A stretch of DNA of 64,000 nucleotides from Eledone cirrhosa (Eukaryota): NCBI GenBank assembly GCA_964016885.1, contig OZ024750.1, forward strand, positions 23,932,001 through 23,996,000, written 5' to 3'. Under the pieces are notes generated by a model. It saw nothing but the letters and a program-made list of their open reading frames with translations. It made no database searches and had not been told where the DNA came from. The position numbers were made by a program, and so were the translations under genes. Positions 46,501 to 59,400 of the stretch are shown in pieces; position 1 is the first letter of the stretch; each line of letters opens with the position of its first letter.

Positions 46501-47455
46501 CTGAGGGATAATGAACCGGCAGCTTGGTGTTCGAATGAGCTACATCTAAACGTTTTCTGTTACAAATACTACTTGTAGGCTTTTGTAATTATTATTATTT
46601 TATTTATTTATTTTTTCTATTTAGATGAAGTCCATTTAACTCCCAACAATTATTTTTAACAACATAAACCTTAGCAGCACATTCTTGCGTGAGAACATTA
46701 GTCTTGGGTATTGATACTCTTAAATTTTAATTTTAATTTGTTAAACAATTCATAGATTTTACAAATTTCATTTTCATATATACATATATATATATGTGTG
46801 TATATATATATACCTCCTATTTTTATTTTGAATTTGAAAAAAAAAGCCTATCAAGCCACTAGTTGAATGAGTTGTTGGAGGCAATCCAAAACTTTCTGGT
46901 TACAAACTTTTACTTTCCTCTTGAGTTCATTTCTCATACTTTCCTGTTGCTGATATTTTTCTTTGTTGAAATCATCATTCATTGAAAAATTCTCCCTGAA
47001 AACTTCCTCTTATAAGTTTTAATCTACCCATATTAGGATAGCACTCACCTACACCTATTCTAAACTCTAGCACTTTCCTATTTTAAGACCGCTTTTCAAA
47101 AACTATGACTTTTTTTTTTTTGTAAGCATTGTCTACTTTGAATAACTTGGATTATTGAGATACTTAGGTGAAGTTTTATTCTGTAATTTTTCTGATTTTT
47201 ACCAGTTCATAGGAAATGTTTCGCTATTGTCTAGCAGTTTTATTATTCAATATATTGGGAAGTAATAAAATATATATATTTATATACGTTATACTTTCCT
47301 TAAGTTTATTACATATATTTCTCAAATTACATACATTTAGAGTTTGACTTTATTCTTACGAAATAATCCCTAATAATTCTCAATCTTATCTCTAAAAACT
47401 AGATATTAAAAAATTTTCAATGAATGATGACTTCAACATTTAAAAAAAATTTCCC

Positions 47456-47490
<35 letters not shown>

Positions 47491-50400
47491 TTTATTGAGA
47501 ATGGTAGAAAAACCTTCAATTTCTCTATTCTCGTTTGCATTTATATATATATTTTTTTAGCTTTTGATAAGATATGTTATTATTATAATAGTCATTAAAT
47601 GGCAATTTTAGCAAGGTTTTCGAAGCTATCTCAGTTTGTTTTAAAATCTTTTAACCACTACAATAATTTCATGAAATGCATTGAGATTGTTTCCGTAAAA
47701 TTCTTGCTAAATTGATATTAAATTTTAAGAAGACCTTGAAAAACTAATAATGGTCTAGAAAATTGAAGAATTTGCTGACTGTTCATTTAAGGACAAGCAG
47801 CACAAAAGGTGAAGAGGTATTAATAATAATAATAGATTAATCCTGGATGTTTTACTAACCTTAATCCTTAAAGTTAGAGATTACTATATTAGTTTTTAAA
47901 ATATCTGGAAGTGATTCTTTTGGAGAATAATATATATATATTTTTGTGCATGAACTCTATATTATAACATTTATATTTATATAACAAAGATATATAAATA
48001 TATTTGTGTACAAAAATAAACATTCTTGCAGTCACACATATGTATATATATAAAAATGAAAATTTTTTTTTATAAGCTGTTCCGACCTTAGGAAATAAAT
48101 ATATAGACACTTAGATAATTAATATACAAAAATAGTAATAATACATACGCTTTGCCATTAATATAATCTGGATTTTAAGTTTATATTACCAATGAATAAC
48201 TGCCATTTCTTTTTTTAAAATATATTTTAATAGAAAAATCTTGAATTGGTAGAATTTCTTTCAGCTTTAACTTTTGTGATAGTTAAATTAACAATTTTAG
48301 CTATTAATGTTTTCTTTGAAATATGTAAGTTCTTTGCGAGATGATTTTGGTGAGTGTACAGTCAATGAGGTAGGTGTTAGCTAATATCGGACACGGACAC
48401 ACACACTCACATATGTGTGTATATATATATACACTCTCTCACACACACACACACGCATATATCCGATCTTTCTAATTGGTAAGGGTTTGACATATATAAA
48501 TTTTCTCTTCAATGTTTCATAGTTGTTGCTAGAACCATTGGAAAATGTGCTATTTCAAGACATATTACACCATTAAACTGAACAGCTATTATTCCTGAAA
48601 CTTAACATCCTAAGTAATCAAACAACAACAAAAAAGAGTGGGTGTGGTGCCAAAGACCATTACTCACTGAATTATTGGTAATGCCTGCATTGCTAGGCAG
48701 TGAACAGTAACTGTTTCTGGAATTATTTTCTTGTTTTGGTTTTTACGAATGTTTTTTTTTCTTCTTCCTTCAATTATCTCTTGGAATGTTTTTGCTCTTC
48801 TTTTTCATCCTAAAATCTTATTTAATAATAACTCTTTACATGGACAGTTTTTTTTACCTTATGATGTGATATCCTCTTTTAATCACTATGAACAATAGAA
48901 GTTATGGTTGCCATAGTAACTTGCTTCCCTAGCTTTTTCCCCCTTCGTGGTTATAACAACTGTCTGTTACTCTCTTATAATAACAATCTTCCTATTGAAA
49001 TGCATCTTAGGTGTGAAGATGAAAACCAAAATGCTATAAATATTTACCAACTGTCATTCATATACAAATATTCTTATTTTCCTTTCAAGCAATGGCTATT
49101 TCTTTTCCTTTCTTTTAAATCTGCCAAGCAAATTATCTCAAGTGTGCCACCATCAAATTCTATTAATTTCATCATTTTGAAACAATTAGGTTCCATCCAC
49201 ATTTTATATAATAAGCAATCAAAAGAATTGAACTGATTATTGTTGTGTATTTGGGTGTATGCATGTGAAATATATAGATATATATGTTTTATTTAGATTG
49301 GAGTGATTGGTAAAAGGTTAGTGTGATTGCTGGCTTCTCAAACAATACATCATTAAATCTTTATCTAATTTCAATAAGGATCACAGCAGATTTACAAGCT
49401 AATTAGTTGTATTGTATATATTGATTTCCTTTGCAGAAACTCCACGTAAGAAAGTACCAAAAAGTGAGCCCCAAAAGGTAAGCTATTATGGTCAAATATA
49501 TATATTTTTTTAATTCCATGAACCGTTTTGACTATTTCTAATGAAATACACTCTATTAGAATTTACAAAAATTATTTCATTACTAAGAATAATAAAATTA
49601 TGTTATTGATACCAGAAGGGTTAACTCTTGATATCAACTTGTCTGAAACTATTCTTAGTTCTATATTTGTCAAAAAAAAAAAAAATCTTCTATTTATAAT
49701 TTTATGTAAGAACATTTACAAAGTTATATTTCAAACACCAGCTTAATAATGAGAAACTTACATTATTAAATTCCTCCAAATTCTTTAATAATTGTAAATT
49801 ATGGGTAATAAAAGTAAATTCTCTTTGAACTTAGCTAGTTATTCTTTATTATCAAATGTTTCTTGTCAGCCCAGTCTAATTAAAAACCTCTTCACATTCT
49901 TCAAGTACTGTATTTCTTTAGAAATACTGCCACAAAAGGTTTTAAAAAAAAAGTTTATAGGTGATCTATTGAATGCTACATACTAAAGGCTCTGAATTGA
50001 AATTTCCATCCTAGTTGGGGATAGAAAGTATTTGTTAATGATATGCAAATTATTAAACTGCTATATATGTTAAACTTTTCATGACTATATTTCTAATAAA
50101 ACCCACTACCTACAAAATAATAGTGACTGTTAAACTGAAGTGTTAAGCTGCTTTATATGTTAGCACCTCTGTTAACCATCCCACCCCACTCCACTTTTGG
50201 GGTGTAACTTATTAAGGAATTTCTTTCTTTAGTCGACTTTGTATTACTGGAAATCTAACTTGCATTATATTCTTACTGAGACCATTTCTTCCCTTCTATA
50301 AAGCAGGGGTTTGCTTTGCAAGCCTCATGAAAGGGCACTGTTTTATAGCTGGATGCTCTTGCTTGTGCCAAACCTTTTAATCACCTGCAGGGGTACAGTG

Positions 50401-53400
50401 TAGTATTCTAAACCAGATATATGATACACACAGCATGTGTTAGTGTTACAACAAAACTATCATTATCACATCTCATATTTTGTTTTAAAATATTTCATTC
50501 AACTATATGAGTTAATATTTCCAAGAAAATCTATGACAAAGAAGTAGAAAAGCTAAATTTCCTAATTATCTTATATTGTATTGAGTACCTCCAAATGGTC
50601 ACTAATATACACACAATTGATTATATAGAGGCTAATATTATAATTGTTGGGTTCTGTTTATTGTAAAAGTAATAGATTTTATCTAATGTCAATGTAAACT
50701 TGTTTGCTGTTATTTCTAGCTAAGTCCAGCAATGTCACCATCTGTAAAGATCACCATTGGGGGAAATGTTCAGTCACAAGGAGCTGATAATAAACCATAT
50801 CACATGCAACGTAACGCTACCGGTCCCGTGGCAGGAAACACACCTACCCAAATGACTCAGGCAGCTGAACATCATCACTATCAGCAACAACAACAAACAA
50901 TGGCTTCCTCAGTAGTGCCACCACCAGCTAGTCTTCCAGCATCAGTGATTCAGCACAAACCTGCCAACACATCACCTGCAGTTGTTGGTAGGTACCACTT
51001 AAGCTATTTATAAAAAAAAATTATCTTGTTTTGATCTATTCATCTATAAAGCTAAATCTACCAAAATACCACGTTGTATATCAAGTGGCAAGAGAAAACA
51101 AAAATTAAAAAAAATATTAATAGAAATATCCTGCCTTTCATATAAAAACACCAAAAGAAAGGGGCTCCTAATTTATTAACATAATGGTTGTCTTGATTTT
51201 ATTGATGTATTCTTTAAACTTAGAACCGTTGGAAACTTGAATTAGTACCTGTTTATATCTAAAATAAACTTCTACCTAAGCTTGGCATTGCCAGCTTTGA
51301 TAAAGAAGGAAAAAAATAAAACGTCTATACTGTTTTCTGTTCTTGTTGTAAAAAAGATAATGTTGTATGCAATAGTTGTGCACTTTTTATTCTAATTGGT
51401 TGTATTTGTTCACATAAATTTTTTGTTACATACATACTTTAGATTAAATTTCCGAGCGTTGGTCAGTTAGCCTAGTTAATCCACTACTACACTAGTGGTC
51501 TACACTTGTGATGAAAGCAACACTTAACTACCATGATGTGCTGTAGTGTTGCTGGCTAAATTGTGTTTGGCCATATATTGGTGTACTAATGAAAGTTATT
51601 GTTTCCCTACAGCGGTTCCTCCTCTTAACTCAAAGCCTGTTACACATTCACTTCCAATGCAACCTAGTCGGCCAACAGCCACTGCAACTGTTAAACCACA
51701 GATCAAGACAACCAGTAAGTTGTTATGTAACACTATTATAAAAAGGACACAACCCTATAAATGAGTTTATCACTAATGTCTTTTAACTCCCTATTTTTAA
51801 TGTCATTAAAGTTACATCTCCCAATTATTATTATTATATTTTCTTACACTGAATGTTACTTTTTAATTTGTTTCAATTATATCTACCTTATGTAGTTTAC
51901 ATTTGAAGGATAAATTATTGCGTTCTTTTATTCATGTTTCGTATATAACATTTTCATATTATGGCCTATAGTAAAATCTTATAAAATTTACTGTTTTACC
52001 AAGATGTTAGGTGTTTGTTTAAGTCAGTCCACATGGGAGGAGATGGTAGATATATTTAATTAGTAAACTATAAGCATAGACATGGCTGTGTGGGTAAGGA
52101 GTTCACTTCGCAACTATATAGTTTGGGGTTCAGTCCAACAGCATTGCATCTTGAGCAAGTGTCTTTGACTATAGTCTCAGCCTGACCAATGCCTTATGAG
52201 GAAAATTTGGTTTACGGGAACTAGAAGCCTTTGGTGTAAGACTCTTTTCTACTATATCAGGCATTAAACATATATATTATCATTGTATTTTATTGTTCTC
52301 CTGTGTTATGTCGTCTTATATATATATTAATATCATTGTCAGAAATAATAAAACATTGTTTATAACTTGAATCTATCGCTTTCGTGACACTGGATGTTTC
52401 CTATATGTTTATTCACATTTCTTTAAGTAGAACTGTTATAGTTTTGGAGAGAATTTCTTTAAAATATTTCTCCATTTTATTCCCATTGCATATTTCTAAG
52501 TATTCACATAATGAATTAGTAGTTTGGCTGATAGAATTCACTTTTCCATCTTCCATCAAGACAGAGTGTAAAATATATCAGATTTTCTGGGGTTTTTTTT
52601 GTTCATTTCTGCATTTATTTTAAACAATTGTCCAATTTTTAATTCCATCTCTGAATCAGTTTTCAAATAGCTACAGATGTATTTATTACTATATGACTAA
52701 ATCTTTCATTTCTGTGCTTTGGAACATGGGTATTGATAAATAGAATATCTTCAACCTTTGGGTTAGGAGTCCTAAGTTTAGATATGCTTTTTTAAAAATC
52801 CCATCATCTCTTAAATTCAAGGGATATTTTTGTTGTTTAAGGAAACCTCTTTAACTTTGTCAAATTAAATTTGTTGTAGTTCTGGATCAATCACTATTGT
52901 GCATATTAATTCTACCATGCAGTGTTGTATAATCTATTTCGGTGTGCTATGGGTAACATTAATAAAAGTTCAAATATAGGTGCGTTGTTTTGTAGTCCCG
53001 ATGTTACATAATTATATAAGGATACCTAAAAACGGTTATTCTTTCTCATTGGTTTCTGTTGTGGATTTAATGAAGGACGGAGAGCATTTAAAATGTGAAA
53101 TGTTTGTAGCTTGCTTTTGATTCGCCTCCGAAAAATTGAACAGTTGTCTAGAAAGCATTTCCATTCTCTGATAATGTATTCTTGACAGTTTTGGTCAAAT
53201 GTCATTTAAACTTTGTGGGATTTCTAGAGGAAATATTATATCGTTTGGATGCCTTTTACAGCATTTATTCTATCTCCAAGCACTGAAGCCAGGTCTCTTG
53301 TTTGAGGATATCTTCCTTTCTTCCATTCACTAGTCTTTTTCTCAGAAGCCCTAATAAGGGTCATAATGCTGCAGTTCTCGCCCCTATTAAACAGTGAATC

Positions 53401-56400
53401 CCCCATCCATCCACCCAAAAGATCGTGGGGCTTGTGTAATTTTATGTAATGAAATAGTGCCATGGTTATGCAAATGTTTAACAATATTACAAAAACAATC
53501 ATTAGAATATTCATTTAGAGTTACTTTATAATATCAAAACTGAATTAGTGAAAAAAGAATTCCAACCAAATATAATGACAAAATATTTTTTACCGATCAT
53601 TTTCAGTAAATTCCGGTAGTAATGTTCCTGCAGCAAATTTGGCAAGTTCACAGAATAATGCAAAAGCTGGATCACCTCCTCCACTCATTTCATCTCCATT
53701 GAAATCCCTCCCAGAATTGCGGCCACCATCACCTATTGTTCAGACTCCTCCGGCTGAAAGGGCAAAAGAAGCTTTCAAATTTCCCATGAGTGATGAGGAA
53801 TCTAACAGCCCCAAACCAAGTCCCAAAACGTCTGCTTCTGGTGGCACTGTCTGTAAGTAGAAAATAAACTGCTTTCTCTTTATCACTCTGTGTTTTTAAG
53901 TGTTTGTCACTGTGTTTATAGTTTAGTAATGAAGACCTTAGCAAAAGCTTCCAGGTGTAAATATTGTAAAAATTAGTTTCACTAAATCTTGTCACCATAT
54001 AAAAGAAAGGAGCCAATAGTCAGATCAAACCAAGGAAACTGTTTCTATTGGTCTTTTCATTGCTGCTACTAACTGATTATTACAGTTCCTAGCAAAAGGA
54101 GCAGGATGTGAACTCAGAATGCATAGACCCAGATCAGATATTGCCAAACATTACATTTATCCCTTCAACAATTCCACCAATCCACCACATAAACATACAT
54201 AGATACATACATGCATACATACATACATACATATATATATATACTTAGTTAGTCTCCAAGTTAAGAATAGCTGGGTGTTGCTGTCTTTGTATTTCTATGT
54301 ATTGAACATGAGAAATTCAGAAACTATTTACGGTTATAAAATCTACAGTTGCAGTACATTATTTTTTGTATATAAATATCTGCATTGTATAAATATACTT
54401 TGTTTACATTTCCATTCTTAATGAATCAAAACAGAAACAACACCATTTTAGGAGTTGTGTGCTTGATTGGCAAGTCACTTGATCTGAGATCGTGTTGAAA
54501 GTAATTACATAAACATTTATTATTTCTTGGTGTCAAAATATTTGTCTCACTCTTTCCGACCTGGTCACTGACACCTATAAAAATAAGTCTAAGTGAATTT
54601 AATTTTATATTTTTTTTTTTATGGTTAAAATGACTCCTCCATGATGTAAACAAAATATATTTATATACAAAACAAAAAAATACTGCAGTTATAAATCCCC
54701 CAAACTCTGGAGACTGTTTCTCAAGAAGGGAAAAGTCATTACAATGAAAAGTTAGAAGAAATCAACACTATAATGATTAAGTAGAATAAAACCTTATATT
54801 GATATTTCAATTAAAATTCATTCTAATTATAAGGAAGGACTTTTTTTTTCCCCCTCCAGTTTTCAAAATCAATTTAAACACCTAGATAGTATAATCAAAT
54901 AGAAATATGGTTATGTTGCGCTATTCATTATAGGGCTGGGGCCCTTATTAAAACGCGTAAGAAACATTTTGAGACATAACCTCATAGGTCAACAACAATC
55001 ACAAATAAAGAGAACCCAAAGCTCATTTGAGAGTCATCATCATCATTTAACATCCATTTTTCCTGCTAGGAAGAGGGATAAATATTTGAATCTCTGCATT
55101 AGCAAGTTAGTTTGATCTAATATAGATCATTGACACTGCAGCACCTGGTGATATAGAGCAATATCCTCTTCGCAATACACAAGAGATTCAATCTATTATG
55201 AGATGCAACCTCGCTGGAGGCCACAGAAGTGTGAGTTGTAACAACAACATGTAGATATTCCCAGCTATCTCCATGTCTCACTGTTCACTTTCCCAAATGC
55301 ATGGTTTGATTTTAAATGCATGTTATTTAGTTGTGTTTGTGTATTTATCGTCTGTATTACATCACTCTTTTTGTGTGTTTCCTCCCTGCTTCTGTTTGCC
55401 TGCTTTTTGTTGTTTTCCTCTTTGTCACTCCTATCACCTCCTCCTCCTCTTCCTCCTATTTGTTGCTTTGCTCAATGCATACTGCTGTCTCTTTTCACTC
55501 CATGTTTTTTGACAATTTCTTTTAGCTGAGAGACAACAAGGAAAATCTAATTGGGATGTCAGCAAAATTGTAAATGTTGGAAAAGGTATGAAATGCTGGG
55601 CTATCCATTTTTGTCTTGAATGTTGCCGCTTGATTGTGCTTCTACAAAATGGTCACTGGAAAAAAACATTTACTTCGTTGATAAACAGAAAAAAAATATG
55701 TCCCTTCAAACGATTTTATATTTATTGAATATTTGACAAAAATATTACAATTAGTTTCTTATAATTATTTTTTTATCTTTATTTTATTTTGGATTCAATT
55801 AAGCTTCCACCCCTTGATATGAGTTTTTTCAGTACCTGTTTAAAAGGGTTTGCAGAAATAATTGTATTGCATTAATACATTGTTTGTTGTCAAACTGTTC
55901 AGCGAGTAAGATCAGCTTTGTTTCATTGTCTCTTAGACCCTAATTTATTTATTGTTATTATTTTGTTTTGTTTTTTCTAGCTGGATCTGGTCTGTCATTT
56001 GGTATAGGTTCTCTGGTTGACAATAAAAAAGATAATAAGACGAAAAAAGCAAATGCTAAGGTATGTGCTAAAGTTATTAACTCTTAACATCCTATATTGA
56101 TTTTGCAGACAATATCTAAAAAATGGGTTTGTTAATTCAAATGTTTATAGTCTCTTTACTGGTTGGCATATTGTGAAAATTTTAGTGAGTCATGATATAC
56201 ATGTGTGTATGTGTATGGAGGGGGTTTAGAGTAATGACTTTGATTTTTAATGGGATGCAGTTAAAATGCTGTTTTGTAGTTTTCAAGATCTTACTCATGC
56301 TGTACATCATGCTATGAGTTAAAATAATCTCAGTATGTATTGTGGTTGACATACTTGCTATTATTGAGACATAGATATTAAATGTGGAGGCTGGAGGGAA

Positions 56401-59400
56401 ATTAATTGTTTATGATCTTTGGCTGTGCGGTGATAACCCTTCCAATACCATATTTCTAATGAAATACTCTGCTTCCAGAATTTTGAAAACAATAAAAAAA
56501 ATGTTTACTAAGCTTAATGTTTAGAGTATAACTTGATGAAAAGTTCTTGCATGAGCAGTCTTGTATCATAGACCCAGGGGCTGTTTCATGCAGTTTGTTA
56601 TCAGAAAAGTTAACCTACATAAAATGTAAATGCAGGAATGGCTGGATGATTAAGAGGATCATGTTCCAGTCATAAGTTCTCTGGATTCTACCTATGTGGC
56701 ATCTTGAGAAAGTGTCTTGTACCTTGGGCATGGGGTTAACTAAAAAAAGCCTTACTAATGAAATTGAGTAGTTTGAAACTGTATGGGAGCTTATTGGGTG
56801 GATTGGAAACAAGTAAAATAAATGATGGTGACTTTCAAAATTGAATGATATTTGAATATTCACATTTGGCTGAAATTTATTTAAAACGTATTTTCTGTTT
56901 ACTTTTACAGCAAGACATCAGGCTGAATAATGCTGTATCATGGTCAAGTTTAGGTAAAAATAGTAATACAAGTGGCAGTACAGTGAGAAAAACCCCAGCT
57001 ATGGAATGTTTTGAAGTTTTCCGTAGACAAGCAAAAGAGAAAGAAGAAAGGGTTCGTTTACCTGGAAACAGTTTTATTTATAATTTGAAATGAATACTTT
57101 GGGTTATTGTTATCAACCACTTGACTTACTTTCACCTGTTGTTGTAGCTGTATATCTATGTGGTTATTTAAGGTGTAGTTGTGAACCACCTGACTGCTTT
57201 AATGTCATTATAGTTGTATATCTGGTTCTTTGAAGTATAGTTCTGAACCAGCTCACTATGTTTATTCTCAACATTTGATAGTATTGCTATTTACACAGGA
57301 AATACTACTTTTGATAAGCCAATACTCAAACCAACTGTTTATGGTTTGTAAAATTCTACAGATAATTATAATTAATTTTTTATTTTGTTTATGTAACACT
57401 TTGTAAAATATTTAAAGTATTGAATAGGGGAAAAAAACAACTGAAGCCCTTGTGCATTGTGAAGGGAAAGTTGGTGTGTAATGTCAGGTGCTGCTGTGTC
57501 TATGGTGTATGTTCAGTTCAAATTAACTGGTTGTACCTTGCTAGTGCAGAGATTCAAATGTTATTTGTCACTCTAAAGGTGGGTTTTGGGGTTCTAAATT
57601 TTGAGTCCAGTGGGCTCTGATTCTGTAGTCTTGTGTTCTCTTAAGGATATGTTATTTGAGAAAGTTGGCTAATTTGACTGGTATGCCAACTTAATCCATG
57701 GCATCAACTGCACTTCACTTCTCCATTCACCTTAAACAGCCCCCACAAAAGTGAAAGGAAAATATTGTAACTGTGAAACTCCACTTAATCAAATCAATCA
57801 TGTGAATTGATTTTGGTCCCCCTGTTCCCCCACCCAGCCAGTTGATTTATTGCTGCCATACAAGTTAAGAACACAGCCAATATATAGTAGGTGGGAAATG
57901 ATCTCCACTACCTGCTACCACCTATACTGAATAGCAAGAATTCATATTATGCTGCAGCAGCAATAAGTGAGTTTTAAAAGATATCTTTGTGCCGTGTATA
58001 ACCCTATAAGTTCATTTGCTAGTTAATTTGAACCAATGGAGGTTATCAGTTGCCAATTTTATCTTCAGGACCGAGTATTAAAAGAGCAAGAAGAACAACG
58101 TCGACAGGAAAAGGTTGACAGAGAGTTGAAACGCATGGAATGGGAACGTCAAAGGTGAATAAGTATTTATTGCTAATCTTTCCCGACGATTCTGACTTCA
58201 CTTTATTTTTATTTATATTTAAATCTAATGCTTTGTCCCTCCTATTTCAAACTACCATATATGATATAACAGACAAAGGAGAATGTTGATGAAAGTCCAT
58301 AGACAATATCTTATATCTGAAACTTATGCTATTTCTTATTACTTCAGTCTTCTCCTTTCTGGATCAGTAAAATACTGGGTGGATGTAGTTGACTTTCCCT
58401 TCCTCTCAAAATTGCTGCCCTTCTGCCTACATTAGAAACCATTATTACTCCAGTCTTAATTTAATTTAGTCTGTTGTTTTGTCTTAGGTTGGCTGAGCCT
58501 TTAAATTTATACACTTTCATAGTTATTAGAGGGAGCTAGAGTTTTTAAAGTTCACAATTTTCTTTGACATAGAATCTCTCTCTCTTTCTCTCTCAGATGT
58601 AACCCTTCTGACATCCTTTTCTTCACAGTAATTTTGTTATACATGGCAGACAACCTGAATAGATTATGCCATGCATAAATGGAGCCATGAACAATTAAGA
58701 CTGACCCCTGTCATTAAAACACCCACGTGGTCAAGATGCAGCCCTTTAGGAGGCTGGCTAAACCTATACATGTGTGAGCTATAACAATGACCTTTATGAA
58801 GGGTGTAAACTTTGCTCTACCTCATCCACGTGTATACTGATTATCTACTTCTCCCTGTCTCTTATTATTATTGCTTCTACTACTATTCATCTGAACTGAC
58901 AAGTTATATACCGCTGCTGCCACCACCACCACCACCACTACTCCTGTCCATAGCTACCTGGTTCACTGACTTATTTTCCTTTTTTTCACTGTGCCACAAA
59001 CCCAGCACTAAAATATTTTAACCAAATCTTTCCTCTCTGTCTCCAGCCCCTCAGAATTGCAAATTTTGTTTTGATTTGGGGGGGTGTCATTTTCTCTACA
59101 GGCATCACACTGCTGGAATCTAAGCATGGCTACCAGTTTAAAGGTCTATAAAGCAAATGAACATATTCTCTCATTCTTTCGTTAAGGAAATATAAAAAAT
59201 TCACAATAAAAAGATAATGATCTAACAAAGGCCATTGGCATTGCTCTTTCCTCTAGACCTAACAAGTAAACAAAAAGAGAAAACTAAAATTAAACACTGT
59301 GCTGTTTAATTTTATAATTTCCACATTTGTATTAGTTGTTCACTATCTGCTTTCTTCTCCTCTGAGAAAACTGCACTACTCCAGCACCCCTATCAGGCAA

